Assembly: GCA_048938855.1 (NCBI GenBank)
Contig: JBHLLT010000002.1
Location: forward strand, 160,001-224,000
From: Promethearchaeota archaeon
Lineage (GTDB): Archaea > Asgardarchaeota > Lokiarchaeia > Sigyniarchaeales > SOKP01
Reading direction: 5' to 3'
Length of the DNA stretch: 64,000 nucleotides
A program made the translations under genes and the position numbers. How positions within the stretch are numbered: position 1 is the stretch's first letter; each line of letters opens with the position of its first letter. The notes beneath the pieces were generated by a model. That model did no database searches. It worked only from the letters and a program-made list of their open reading frames with translations, and had not been told where the DNA came from. This document shows, piece after piece, positions 19,798 to 30,118 of the stretch.

Positions 19798-20561
19798 CTG
19801 CTTTTAAAAGTAATGTAATTAATATCAAAAAGAAGAATAATAATGAACGTTGTAAAAAATGTAAATATAGTAGTCTGAGCTGTATATCTACCTAATGCTA
19901 CAAAATTAGATATTATAAAAAAGAATCCTAAAGATAAAATAATTAAAGTTAAAAATTTAAATTCATGTTTGACTAAGAAATTAACTACTTTAAGAAAAAT
20001 TGAATATTGTGGCTTTTCCAGTTTGTCTTTTTCTAAATCGCTTTGATTACTTAAGTTAATTGAAAGAATTTTACCGATTGAACGAATTTTACCGATTTGA
20101 GGTGAAAAAATAACGAGAATCATATTAAATGCAAACAATACTCCTACACCTACCCAAATATACATTAAAATTTGAACCAGGAGCCAAAAAGTATTGTATA
20201 AGGCTACTACATCAACAGTTCCTAAAAATATACTTATTCCAAACCAAAATGGATAAAAAAGTATAATCGATCGAATTACTTTTCTAATTTCCGATGAGTT
20301 TATTTTTACAAAATAATAAACTACAATTGACCAAGAAAGGCAACCTAAAAAGAAGAAACATAGTATATGATTATAAGATGTTCCATAAATATTAAAAACT
20401 GTACGTACTCCGCCATATTGAAATCCAGAAAAAATTAAAAAAAAAGGGCCTAGAAATATAATCCATAAAAATTTTAAAAAAGGAATATACAAAGACAAAC
20501 TGAAAAAAAAACAAAGTGCAATAAAAAAAATGAGTAAACGATTTTTAGAATCTTTATGCAT
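19794..20561 (-). CDS. Hypothetical membrane protein
   Basis: About 6-7 hydrophobic segments; 4-bp overlap with the beta-helix gene. Confidence 0.6.
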   Translation of the reverse strand: MHKDSKNRLLIFFIALCFFFSLSLYIPFLKFLWIIFLGPFFLIFSGFQYGGVRTVFNIYGTSYNHILCFFFLGCLSWSIVVYYFVKINSSEIRKVIRSIILFYPFWFGISIFLGTVDVVALYNTFWLLVQILMYIWVGVGVLFAFNMILVIFSPQIGKIRSIGKILSINLSNQSDLEKDKLEKPQYSIFLKVVNFLVKHEFKFLTLIILSLGFFFIISNFVALGRYTAQTTIFTFFTTFIIILLFDINYITFKSR

Positions 20562-20701
20562 TAGATTGCCTTCTTATTAGTTTGCTCTTTAATGATTAAA
20601 AAATTTATAACTAAATTTTTCGGTCAGTTGAGATCCAATTTCAGCTTTTATGAATATATATAATCTAATAACTTTATAAGATTTTTTAGGTTTAAAAGGT
20701 G

Positions 20702-21259
20702 TTATAAATCTAAAATTTTATTTGTTGCTTCAAAAAAATTATTGCATATTAGAGTTGGTTTAATACCAAGGTATTCTAACTCATCCAAATGCTTATCACC
20801 ATGACCAGTTGTAAGGAAAATAGTCCTACACCCAGCATTTATTCCAAATTGTATATCTGAAGGATGATCACCAATCATCCATGATTTACTAATATCAACT
20901 TCAAAATCTTTAATGATCTCATCAATAAATTTAGTTTTAGGTTTTCTACATTCACATCCATCCTCCTTTAAATGAGGACAGAAATATGTTTTCAAAATTT
21001 TTATTTCATGTTTTTTCAAGGTATGAATTAAATGTTTATTGAAAATTTGGAAATCTTGGGTTGTATAATAACCTCTCCCTATTCCTGATTGATTTGTCAC
21101 AATGAAAAAGAGAAAATCATTTTGGAGTAGCTTTAATCCTTCAATCACTCCATCTAATAATTCAAAATCTTCTATTTTGTAAGTATAATTTTTGTCTTCA
21201 ATTAACGTGCCATCCCTATCCAATATAATTGCTTTCTTTTTATTCATACTCTGCCTCAA
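20702..21259 (-). CDS. gmhB: HAD phosphatase, GmhB/HisB-N family
   Basis: LDRDGTL, VTNQSG, CPH..CECRKP, IGD..SD. Confidence 0.85.
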   Translation of the reverse strand: MRQSMNKKKAIILDRDGTLIEDKNYTYKIEDFELLDGVIEGLKLLQNDFLFFIVTNQSGIGRGYYTTQDFQIFNKHLIHTLKKHEIKILKTYFCPHLKEDGCECRKPKTKFIDEIIKDFEVDISKSWMIGDHPSDIQFGINAGCRTIFLTTGHGDKHLDELEYLGIKPTLICNNFFEATNKILDL

Positions 21260-22611
21260 AAAAATATAAAAATTATAGCCGCGAGATACAATATTCCAAG
21301 TACTATATGCAATAAAGCAAAAAGGCCCCCAACTTTTAATAATTTCTTATAATTCATCCCATCAACACAATATTTTGTAGATAGATCCAATGTCATCATA
21401 TCTGCAGCACTACCTTGAGGTAGGAAATTTCCGCCCAAATTTATCCCTAAAATAAATGCAATTAATAATGGAATTGATGAATAACCATCAAATATTAAAA
21501 CTTGAATTATTGGAATGAAAAGAACCGTAATAGGAACATTATCTAGGAAAGCCGAAAGAATAGATGTTAAAATCAGTATCAAAACACACAATAAAAAGAG
21601 ATTGGATGGTGCTATAGCCACTACAAAATCTTCAATAATGGCAATAATTCCAACTTTTTCAAAGCAATATACTAGCACAAATAAACTTATAAAGAAGAAA
21701 GGTAATTTGAAATCAACCTTTTTGAAGTAATAAGAGATATCAGGTTTTTTTTTTCCAGACTCACGTCTCCTAGGATTAATAAACACAAACAAAAGCATTC
21801 CAAGAAGTCCTACAAATAGAATACTAGGAATAATAATTAACATAATAAAGAAGATTAATAAAGCACCCAAATTTCGATAAAATACTTTAGGATTAACAGA
21901 TTCTTCCAGAATTATTAACTCATGTTCCTCGATATGGTCAGCTTCTAAAGATTCATTATATTCAGTACAATGAGGTGCCCAAATTTTTGTTAAATTTTTT
22001 TTAAGGATAAAATAATCTAAAAGAGTCAAGGTCAGAAAAGTAGCAAAGATAAAATAAATTGAAAGGCTCGTGAAAAACCAAACTGTTGATAGAGTAAATT
22101 TATTTGCAATCAAAATATTCTGGGCAGAACCAAAAGGAGTTAGAGTTGCAGCAAGATTTATACAAATAGTCATTCCCAATAATATTGGAGTTGGATTTAT
22201 CTTCATTTTTTCACTTGTAAATATTATCATGGGTATAAAAATAACCGCAACCGAAACATCTTCAATGAAAGCAGCGCTTAAAGTTGAAATTAAACAAATC
22301 ACCCAAAAAAACCTTCGAGTATTAGTATGGAACTTTTTCGTTATCCTTGATGCAATTTCTTGAAAAATTAATTGTTCATCTAAAATCACCACTATAGTAA
22401 ATACAGAGATCAAGAAAAAAATGACAGGCCAATCTATTGCCAAAATGAACTCCTCAATAGAAACTGGTGTTGGTGAAAAAATGAAAGTAGCTGTAGCAGC
22501 AGCTAACATTGCTAACACACTATAAGTTAGAAAATCTGTTTTCTCACGAAAGAGAGCAACCATAACAATAATAAAACAGAAGATAACAAAAATCTGTAAA
22601 AAGAGTATCAT
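21256..22611 (-). CDS. SLC13/ArsB/NhaD-family anion permease
   Basis: LTPFGSAQN, SAFLDNVP, NLGGNFLPQGSAA. Confidence 0.88.
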   Translation of the reverse strand: MILFLQIFVIFCFIIVMVALFREKTDFLTYSVLAMLAAATATFIFSPTPVSIEEFILAIDWPVIFFLISVFTIVVILDEQLIFQEIASRITKKFHTNTRRFFWVICLISTLSAAFIEDVSVAVIFIPMIIFTSEKMKINPTPILLGMTICINLAATLTPFGSAQNILIANKFTLSTVWFFTSLSIYFIFATFLTLTLLDYFILKKNLTKIWAPHCTEYNESLEADHIEEHELIILEESVNPKVFYRNLGALLIFFIMLIIIPSILFVGLLGMLLFVFINPRRRESGKKKPDISYYFKKVDFKLPFFFISLFVLVYCFEKVGIIAIIEDFVVAIAPSNLFLLCVLILILTSILSAFLDNVPITVLFIPIIQVLIFDGYSSIPLLIAFILGINLGGNFLPQGSAADMMTLDLSTKYCVDGMNYKKLLKVGGLFALLHIVLGILYLAAIIFIFF

Positions 22612-22702
22612 AGTTTCTCTTCATAACTAATACTCATTCTATTTTAATATTTGCATTTGTATTTTAAAATTTCATTATTTTAAAATAAAAAATAAAAAAA
22701 AA

Positions 22703-23512
22703 TTAACCCAAGGCTTTAAATTCACTTTCAGAAGGATGATTTAGATCTTTATCTTTACGTGTATCATGATAACAGAAATCACAATAATCATCCCCCATCA
22801 TTAATGTTTTCGTTCTCGTAAGTATGAAGTTAGGATTTAAATTCTGTGCTCCTTGAAAATCAGAATAACATAACATTGCATAACATAGCTCTGAATCAAA
22901 ACCTTTCAATACTTTAGCCCATTCACATTTCTTAACCTTATATAGCAATTTATCTTCATCTAATGAGCCAGTAATACATTCTTGCATTCTCCATCTTCCC
23001 AAATTATTTTTAAAACGTTCTACAGATTCTTCAAATGAATCAACATAATTATTTGGATTCCTTCTAGAGAGAGAAACCTCATCCGATAAATTTTTAATAT
23101 ATTCAATTGCCTCCTCCCGATTCATTATTTTTAAAAGTGATTCCATTAAAAAATATTCGAAATGAGTGAAAGTACGTACGAGATCTAAAGTATATATTTC
23201 TATTTCAACCTCAATCGATGGAGGATTATATTTGCTATAACCTACAAGTGATAAGACATGATTTTTACTCCCATTAACTAAAACAGGATATTGATTTAGG
23301 ATTTCAAAATCGGATTTGAAAGTAACCTCATAATTTTCAATCTTTTCATAGAATCCTTTTAAAGATTCAATTATAGTAAGAAATGAATCTGGTTTGTTAG
23401 CTTTTAAGTCTTTTAAAAATCTATCACACCCATCTAAACATTGAGCAATTAAATCATGAATTTTATAATTAAGTTTGGTATTCTTATCATAAGTGCAAAT
23501 TGTGTTTTTCAT
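22703..23512 (-). CDS. L-2-amino-thiazoline-4-carboxylate hydrolase-like domain protein
   Basis: KCEW..LCYSD..RTKTLMMGDDYCDF. Confidence 0.8.
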   Translation of the reverse strand: MKNTICTYDKNTKLNYKIHDLIAQCLDGCDRFLKDLKANKPDSFLTIIESLKGFYEKIENYEVTFKSDFEILNQYPVLVNGSKNHVLSLVGYSKYNPPSIEVEIEIYTLDLVRTFTHFEYFLMESLLKIMNREEAIEYIKNLSDEVSLSRRNPNNYVDSFEESVERFKNNLGRWRMQECITGSLDEDKLLYKVKKCEWAKVLKGFDSELCYAMLCYSDFQGAQNLNPNFILTRTKTLMMGDDYCDFCYHDTRKDKDLNHPSESEFKALG

Positions 23513-23654
23513 ATAACATCATTTTATCTATTTAATTACTTTTCAAAATTATCTACGCTATAAATAGATTAAGATGATGAACTACTATTGAAGTCTAATC
23601 CTAAAAGTTAATCCATAAATTAAAATGAAAGAAAAGAAATAAGCAGAGTTAGGA

Positions 23655-24368
23655 TTAAGGATCTTCAGAAAAAGCTCTTAAATCACTTTCAATAAAAGAT
23701 TTTCCGTAGTGTGTATACAATATAGATGCTGGATTGTGAGGGTTTGACCTGTCTTTCGCAATGAAAGTGGTTACTGGAGCTTCTGATAAATGAGTGAAAG
23801 TAATATCATGTCCCACACATAAACCTACTATAATGTTCATATCAGTTTTTGCTTTATTCAATAGTAGTGCTTGGGCTACAGGATTACACGTTACAAAACC
23901 AATTGGATACCCTGTCTTAGATATCTCAGTAAATTCTTTTGGAACCCCAACTTTAGTTTTTGGAATAGCTCCTGTCTTACAACAAACAGAATATACCTGA
24001 AATCCATATTTCTCTAAAATTTCTGCAGTTAGTTCTGCTTCATTTTGAAGGCCTACACAAGAAGCGATTCCTAATTTCTTATATTTCATACCCTTTGCAT
24101 ACTCAATCGTATCTTTAAGACGAGGCCAATGAATATAACCTTTAGCTTCCACAATGGATGCTACTTTTGTAGAATTTTTCACAAATTCATCTGATTCGTA
24201 TATCTCTTTAACTTCCTTGGCGATTTCAGGACTTATTATCATAGGACAATTTCCTATCGATTTATTTGGCTTACCTCTCGTGCAGTGATTAATGCTATCA
24301 CATTTAACACATGTAGGGCTGATTATATCATCCTTATCCCATTCAGGGTTACATGAATTTTTGTTCAT
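23655..24368 (-). CDS. DUF1847 Cys-rich metal-binding protein
   Basis: GIASCVGL, SVCCK, CNPVAQA, GLCVGHD, KDR..HNP. Confidence 0.88.
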   Translation of the reverse strand: MNKNSCNPEWDKDDIISPTCVKCDSINHCTRGKPNKSIGNCPMIISPEIAKEVKEIYESDEFVKNSTKVASIVEAKGYIHWPRLKDTIEYAKGMKYKKLGIASCVGLQNEAELTAEILEKYGFQVYSVCCKTGAIPKTKVGVPKEFTEISKTGYPIGFVTCNPVAQALLLNKAKTDMNIIVGLCVGHDITFTHLSEAPVTTFIAKDRSNPHNPASILYTHYGKSFIESDLRAFSEDP

Positions 24369-24467
24369 AATTTATGTAATGAGTAGAAGCAAATTAAAAG
24401 TGTTGAATTCGACCTTTTTATTAATTTGAAATCTTAAAAAAAAAAATAAAAAAATAAAATTTAGAAT

Positions 24468-24854
24468 TTAGCTCTTCCATAAAAAGTGTAAATTACAATA
24501 TTCTCGAGCCCAGAGACCTTCAGGATTAGCAACAGTAAAGGTTGCTTTAGGCTCCATACCAGGCTTTAAGAATCTTCTTTCATAGCATCCGTTTTTACAT
24601 ATTATTTCAATCCACATTATATAGTGCTCATCAGTCATAGGATGAGGGGTTCCCATTGAGATTCCTACATCTACAGTCACTTTATTACCATCAATAGTAA
24701 TTTTAGGAACGTGTTTTTCAGTTTTCCAGTCTTTCGTTTGTTCCTCCATTAATTTCATTGGTTCTCCGCAACATATCGTCTGAGTTACTCCGGGATTTAA
24801 AATTTCTATAACTTTGTCGCATATTGCGCATCTATAGATTTCCTTCTCTTTCAT
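24468..24854 (-). CDS. dfx: Desulfoferrodoxin (2Fe superoxide reductase)
   Basis: CAIC..CCG, EKHVP, HPM..EHYI, CNLH. Confidence 0.95.
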   Translation of the reverse strand: MKEKEIYRCAICDKVIEILNPGVTQTICCGEPMKLMEEQTKDWKTEKHVPKITIDGNKVTVDVGISMGTPHPMTDEHYIMWIEIICKNGCYERRFLKPGMEPKATFTVANPEGLWAREYCNLHFLWKS

Positions 24855-24946
24855 TTTTCTTCACAAATACATAATTTTTTGTTTCTACTTCAGATTATTA
24901 AATTTTTAAAAATTTTGATTTTAAATTAAAAAGGAACTTATTTTTT

Positions 24947-25537
24947 TTAGAAATCTTCGCACTTTTTTCTATAGTATTCTCGTGGATGGTCACAAGATGG
25001 ACATTTGAAGTTTTTAGGTAATTCATCCATTTCAACTTCATAACCACATTCCATACAAACCCACACTATCTTTTTACCTCGTTTAAAGAAAGCATCATCA
25101 CCAACTAGTTTGAGAAGTTTACCATATCTCTCAGAATGATGTCTTTCAGCTTTTACAATTGCATTTACCCTATTTGCAATGGCAGGATATCCTTCTTTTT
25201 CAGCAGTTTCAGCTATATCTGGATAAAGTGTTTTCCATTCCATGTTTTCTCCAGCTATAGCGGATTTTAAATTTTCAATTGTAGTTCCAAGGGTAGTTGG
25301 AAATTCTGCATCAGGGATTACCTTCATTAAATCGAAATTTTCTTCTTTTTTAAACTGTTGGAGCATTTTATAGAACCAACTTCCATGTTCTTTTTCCTGT
25401 TCCGACGTTTCATCGAAAATCTTTGAAATTAATACATATCCTTCTTTTTTCGCTACTTTAGAGAAGTAATAATAGCGATTTCGCGCTTGTGATTCTCCAA
25501 CATATGCTGTATATAATTTTTTAGCAGTTTCTTTCAT
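24947..25537 (-). CDS. rbr: Rubrerythrin
   Basis: GESQA, EKEH, GENME, ERHH and C-terminal CMEC..CPSC. Confidence 0.95.
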   Translation of the reverse strand: MKETAKKLYTAYVGESQARNRYYYFSKVAKKEGYVLISKIFDETSEQEKEHGSWFYKMLQQFKKEENFDLMKVIPDAEFPTTLGTTIENLKSAIAGENMEWKTLYPDIAETAEKEGYPAIANRVNAIVKAERHHSERYGKLLKLVGDDAFFKRGKKIVWVCMECGYEVEMDELPKNFKCPSCDHPREYYRKKCEDF

Positions 25538-25662
25538 AGTTTTTTAACCTCCATTTTTTAAATTGGAAATTCGTTATATATGAATATATTTGGATTTAAA
25601 TTATTTCGCCTTTATTTTAACTTTTTTACTTATAATTTAAAGAAAATCTAAAAATAATTGAT

Positions 25663-28059
25663 TTAATAATAGGTATCTGACATTCTACTTTCTACCAACT
25701 CTACAGGATATCCTTTTCTATGCCACATCATCATTCCCCCTGTCAAATTTCGAATATCCTTAAACCCTGCCTGTGCTAAAATTTGAGCTGCCATCATAGA
25801 ACGGGAACCTGAATGGCATATTGAGACTATTTCTTCATCTTTATACTCCTTAATAACATCTGGGTTATTTAAAAGCTCTCCTAGAGGTATTAATCTGGCA
25901 TTCTTAATATGTCCATGAGGACCATGATATTCTTGTGGGGATCGAACATCAATCAGAAGGGTTGGTTCGTCTTCTGTATTTATACGCTCAAAAAGCTCAT
26001 CAACACTTATTTTAGAGACTGGAGGAGCATCAGGAGGTCTTAATTCCTTCCTAGTTTTCTTTTTAATAGGCTTTACAATTTCAATTGGTCGTACTTTTTC
26101 TAAGGTAGCAACTAACATTCCCTTTTCTTTTCCAAGATGTACTAAATTTACAGCATCATTTAATTTAGAATATGCTTCAACACTAGATTTAAATCCTGGA
26201 TCAGTAGCATAAACTTTTAATCTCTTATTTTCTGGTAATGTTTCAAGTCCTTTAATCATTGCATTTAAAGGACCTGGACATGATATTCCACAAGCGTCTA
26301 CCTCTATATAATCTTTACTTTCGGTAGCCTTTTCATGGACGTATTCTTCGATGACATTTTCAGATCCTCCACAAGCTGCCATTATTTCTTCAGTGGTTGC
26401 AGTTGCCATCTCATAAATTTTAAATCCTCCAGTTAACTCAAAAACTTCTTTAAATCCACTTTGTAATAGAATTCTTAATGCTAAGTAGCTTCTATATCCT
26501 ACTTCGCAATAGACATAAATTGGATTATTATTAGATAATTCACCTAGCCTTTCTCTAAGCTCCTCAATCGGTATGTTAATTGAGCCATCAATAGCTCTTG
26601 CAGAAAATTCATCTTTAGTTCGAACATCTAATAATATACTTCCATTATTCGTGATATTTATGAAATCATGCCATTGAAAAATCGGCATATCGTTTCTCAG
26701 ATAATTAGATGCCACAAAACCTGCCATATTTACAGGATCCTTAGCAGAACCATAAGGTGGAGCATATGTTAACTCCAGTTCTTCCAAGTCAAATACAGTG
26801 CCATTAAATTTTATTACTGTCGAGATCACATCAATTCTTTTTTCTGTACCTGGACCTCCTACCGCTTGTGCCCCAAGAATTTTTCCTGTAGGGACTTCAA
26901 ATATTAATTTTAATGTTATGGGTATTGCTCCAGGATAATAACCTGCATGATTATTTGGATGGATATAGATTTTATTATATTTTAAGTCTAGATTATTTAG
27001 TTGTTTTTCAGTTAAACCTACTGAAGCGATAGTTTGATCAAAAACTTTTACAACAGAGGCCCCTAGAACTCCATTATATTCTGAGGCTTTTCCAGCAATA
27101 TTATCCGCTGCTATTCTTCCTTGTTTGTTTGCAGGTCCAGCCAATGCAATTGATATTGGTTTTTTAGTTTGAAAATGTTCTAATTGAACAATATCACCCA
27201 CAGCGTATATACTTGGATTAGATGTTTGCATTTTATTATTTACTATAAGATATCCTCTATCATTGACAACTAATTTAGCCTCTTTAGCTAGTTCACTTTC
27301 TGGTCTAATTCCAATAGATAATATAATTAGATCTGTGTCTATTATCCTTCCACTTTTTGTCTTTACAAAAGGGTTATCATTATCATCTCTACCAAAAGAG
27401 TCAACAGGATCTTCTAAAACGAGGCAAATCCCATTTAATATTAGCTCTTGATGGATAAACTGTGCAATTTCCTTATCAATAGGAGGCAGGACTTGATCTA
27501 ACATTTCAATGATCTTGACTTTCACCCCTAAATGGGCTAAATTTTCTGCCATTTCTAGTCCAATAAATCCTCCACCAATCACAACTGCCTTCTTAATATG
27601 AGACTTTTCTACAAAATCACGAATTTTTATAGCATCTGGAATTGTCCATACAGTAAAATAAGGGACCTTCTCAAGGCCATCAAATGGAGGAACAATTGGT
27701 TTTGAACCAGTTGCTAAGACTAAATAATCATATTCAAGTGAAAATTCATCAGAGTGTTTTAAATCCTTTACTATAACTCTTTTCTCCTCTTTATTTATAG
27801 AAATTACTTCGTTATTAACCCGAACATCAATCTTAAACCTCTCAAGGAATCTTTCTGGTGTCACTAATTCTAACGATTCACGATCTTTGATTATATTTCC
27901 AACATAGTAGGGTAACCCACAATTTGCAAATGAAACGTATGGTCCTCGATCAAGCATAATTATTTCAAAGTCCTCTCTTAATCTTCTTAATCTAGCCGCA
28001 GTTGAAGCTCCTCCTGCAACTCCACCAACAATCACAACTCTTTTCATAACAATTGCCAA
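25663..28059 (-). CDS. CoA-disulfide/persulfide reductase fused to rhodanese-TusA-rhodanese
   Basis: SFANCGLP, YAPPY; rhodanese YCEVGYR; TusA CGISCPGP; second rhodanese ICHSGSRS. Confidence 0.92.
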   Translation of the reverse strand: MAIVMKRVVIVGGVAGGASTAARLRRLREDFEIIMLDRGPYVSFANCGLPYYVGNIIKDRESLELVTPERFLERFKIDVRVNNEVISINKEEKRVIVKDLKHSDEFSLEYDYLVLATGSKPIVPPFDGLEKVPYFTVWTIPDAIKIRDFVEKSHIKKAVVIGGGFIGLEMAENLAHLGVKVKIIEMLDQVLPPIDKEIAQFIHQELILNGICLVLEDPVDSFGRDDNDNPFVKTKSGRIIDTDLIILSIGIRPESELAKEAKLVVNDRGYLIVNNKMQTSNPSIYAVGDIVQLEHFQTKKPISIALAGPANKQGRIAADNIAGKASEYNGVLGASVVKVFDQTIASVGLTEKQLNNLDLKYNKIYIHPNNHAGYYPGAIPITLKLIFEVPTGKILGAQAVGGPGTEKRIDVISTVIKFNGTVFDLEELELTYAPPYGSAKDPVNMAGFVASNYLRNDMPIFQWHDFINITNNGSILLDVRTKDEFSARAIDGSINIPIEELRERLGELSNNNPIYVYCEVGYRSYLALRILLQSGFKEVFELTGGFKIYEMATATTEEIMAACGGSENVIEEYVHEKATESKDYIEVDACGISCPGPLNAMIKGLETLPENKRLKVYATDPGFKSSVEAYSKLNDAVNLVHLGKEKGMLVATLEKVRPIEIVKPIKKKTRKELRPPDAPPVSKISVDELFERINTEDEPTLLIDVRSPQEYHGPHGHIKNARLIPLGELLNNPDVIKEYKDEEIVSICHSGSRSMMAAQILAQAGFKDIRNLTGGMMMWHRKGYPVELVESRMSDTYY

Positions 28060-28176
28060 TTTTATTCTAAAATATTGTATATCCTAACCTTTTTTATAAG
28101 GGAGTTAATATAAATTTGGTTACTATATGTTAGTAAGATTACTAAATAATCCAATATTATAACTTACGATAGTACT

Positions 28177-29310
28177 ATGGATATAAACAAACTATTGACC
28201 CAAATAAATTCATGTATAGAGTGCAAGGATTGTATGGAAGTATGTGATACTTACAAAGTTACTTCTGACGAGACGAAATCACCTTATGGAAGATTAAAAA
28301 TAGCTGAAAATGTCTTCTCTAATAATTCTATTACTGAAAATGAGATCATCGGGCTCTATACTTGTACGTTATGTGCATTATGTGATTTAACTTGTCAACA
28401 AAATATTCAAATATCAGAAATTATTCATTCTTCAAAAATTAACCTTGTAGAAAAAAAGCAAGCGCCTTTAGAAATACATAATAAGATAATAAAAGGAATT
28501 ATTGAGAAAGATAACTCTGTTGGCGGAGATCCGGATGAAAGGTTAAATTGGTTACCCGAGAAATACAAAGAAAAAGAAGAATTTGAAAAGAAAGATTCAG
28601 ATACTCTATTATTTTTAGGATGCATGTCATCATTTCGAGTTACACAAAGTGCACTTAGTTCCTATGAAATTTTAAAACTTGCTGGTTATGATTTTAAAAT
28701 TCTGAAAGAGGAACCATGTTGTGGAGAATATATCTATTCTGCAGGGGATCTTCAATTGGCTAAGAAAATCTTTAAAGAGAATATTGAAATTTTTCAAAAA
28801 ATTGGAGTAAAAAATTTGATTGTTACTTGTGGGGGTTGTTTATATGCATTTGATAAAGTTTATAGAAAATATTTTGGAGATTTTAATCTAAATGTTAGAC
28901 ATATAATTGAGGTTATTTACGACTTGGAAAAAAAGGGAAAAATTACCTTAAATTCATTAAATAGATCAATTACATATCACGATCCTTGCCGAATAGGAAG
29001 AAAGCACATAAGTGGTCCTCTTTATTATGAACCTCGAGAGCTTTTAAGGAAATGTGGTTTAAAATTAAAAGATTTAGCTCTTAATCCTGAAGATACGCCT
29101 TGTTGTGGCGCTGGTTCTGGAATAAGAGGGGTAGATAGTAGCATCTGTATAAAAATTGGAAAAGAATTATTTTCCAATATAACACCAAAAGAGATTGCTA
29201 CATCATGTCCCTTATGTGTTTTTAATTTTAGATATGTTAATTATAAGAATCAACTGGATAAAGAAAGTAAATATATAACCGATTATATTTTAGAATCAAT
29301 GAAAAAATAA
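28177..29310 (+). CDS. 4Fe-4S plus CCG-domain protein (HdrD/GlpC-like)
   Basis: CIECKDC..C, CTLCALC..C, PCCG, YHDPC, CCGAG..CPLC. Confidence 0.88.
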   Translation: MDINKLLTQINSCIECKDCMEVCDTYKVTSDETKSPYGRLKIAENVFSNNSITENEIIGLYTCTLCALCDLTCQQNIQISEIIHSSKINLVEKKQAPLEIHNKIIKGIIEKDNSVGGDPDERLNWLPEKYKEKEEFEKKDSDTLLFLGCMSSFRVTQSALSSYEILKLAGYDFKILKEEPCCGEYIYSAGDLQLAKKIFKENIEIFQKIGVKNLIVTCGGCLYAFDKVYRKYFGDFNLNVRHIIEVIYDLEKKGKITLNSLNRSITYHDPCRIGRKHISGPLYYEPRELLRKCGLKLKDLALNPEDTPCCGAGSGIRGVDSSICIKIGKELFSNITPKEIATSCPLCVFNFRYVNYKNQLDKESKYITDYILESMKK

Positions 29311-29317
29311 AAAAAAT

Positions 29318-30118
29318 TTAACCTCTATAGTCTAAAATTATTACTGCATCCACAAACAATTCGTAATTTTCCTCTTCATCGAAATCGTGTATGATTACTT
29401 TTTCCACTTCGCCTAATTCTCCTTTAATTTCATTTATTTCTGATTGACGTAATAATTTAACATCAGAGTGCTTCAACTTTTTTGCTATATCCACAGTTCC
29501 TGGAATTTCTTTTGCAGAAGTTACTAAAATTACTCTTCCTGTATATTCAGTTAATTTGAGAGCTAATTCTAAAGATTCATCGCCAGTATCAACAATTAAT
29601 GTTCTTTTCTCTCTTAGTTTCTCAAGATCAGGAACTTCTAAATATACTCCTTTCCCTTTAAATTCATCAACTCCTAGAATTACTCGAACTTCTAACTGAC
29701 AAGATGTAACTACTTCGACATCTGGTTTTGTACCCTCTCGGTAATTATTGATTGCTGCTTTTAAAGCATCTGCAGCTAGATTTGAACAATGCATTTTGAT
29801 GGGAGGTAGTCCATCTAATTCCTCTGCTACATCACTTCGTGTAATCTTATATGCATCATCAAGTGTCATTCCCTTAGCCATTTCAGTTACCATTGATGAA
29901 GTTGAAACTGCAGACCCACAACCAAAAGTTTTGAATTTAATATCATCTATTATTTCTTCTCCTTTATCATTTTTACCTACTTTTATGAACATTTCCATTA
30001 AATCTCCACATACGGGATTTCCAACTTTGCCATATCCATCAGGGTTCTCAATTGAACCAACATTTCGTGGATTACGAAAATGATCCATAACTTTATCGGT
30101 ATACTTATGTACACTCAT
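29318..30118 (-). CDS. iscU: IscU/NifU-N scaffold fused to a degenerate thioredoxin-reductase NADPH-binding domain
   Basis: GNPVCGD, FGCG, LPPIKMHCS; C-terminal GVDEFKGKGV..TLIVDTGDESLELALKL..VDAVII. Confidence 0.88.
   Translation of the reverse strand: MSVHKYTDKVMDHFRNPRNVGSIENPDGYGKVGNPVCGDLMEMFIKVGKNDKGEEIIDDIKFKTFGCGSAVSTSSMVTEMAKGMTLDDAYKITRSDVAEELDGLPPIKMHCSNLAADALKAAINNYREGTKPDVEVVTSCQLEVRVILGVDEFKGKGVYLEVPDLEKLREKRTLIVDTGDESLELALKLTEYTGRVILVTSAKEIPGTVDIAKKLKHSDVKLLRQSEINEIKGELGEVEKVIIHDFDEEENYELFVDAVIILDYRG

Noticed and set aside
20068-20100. Short tandem duplication ATTTTACCGATT
   Set aside because: Two copies inside a CDS (IGKIRSIGKI); not a CRISPR or regulatory array.
23566-23616. 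Possible box C/D sRNA (ATGATGA within a GATTAA/TTAATC stem)
   Set aside because: No canonical CTGA D box and no recognisable guide.
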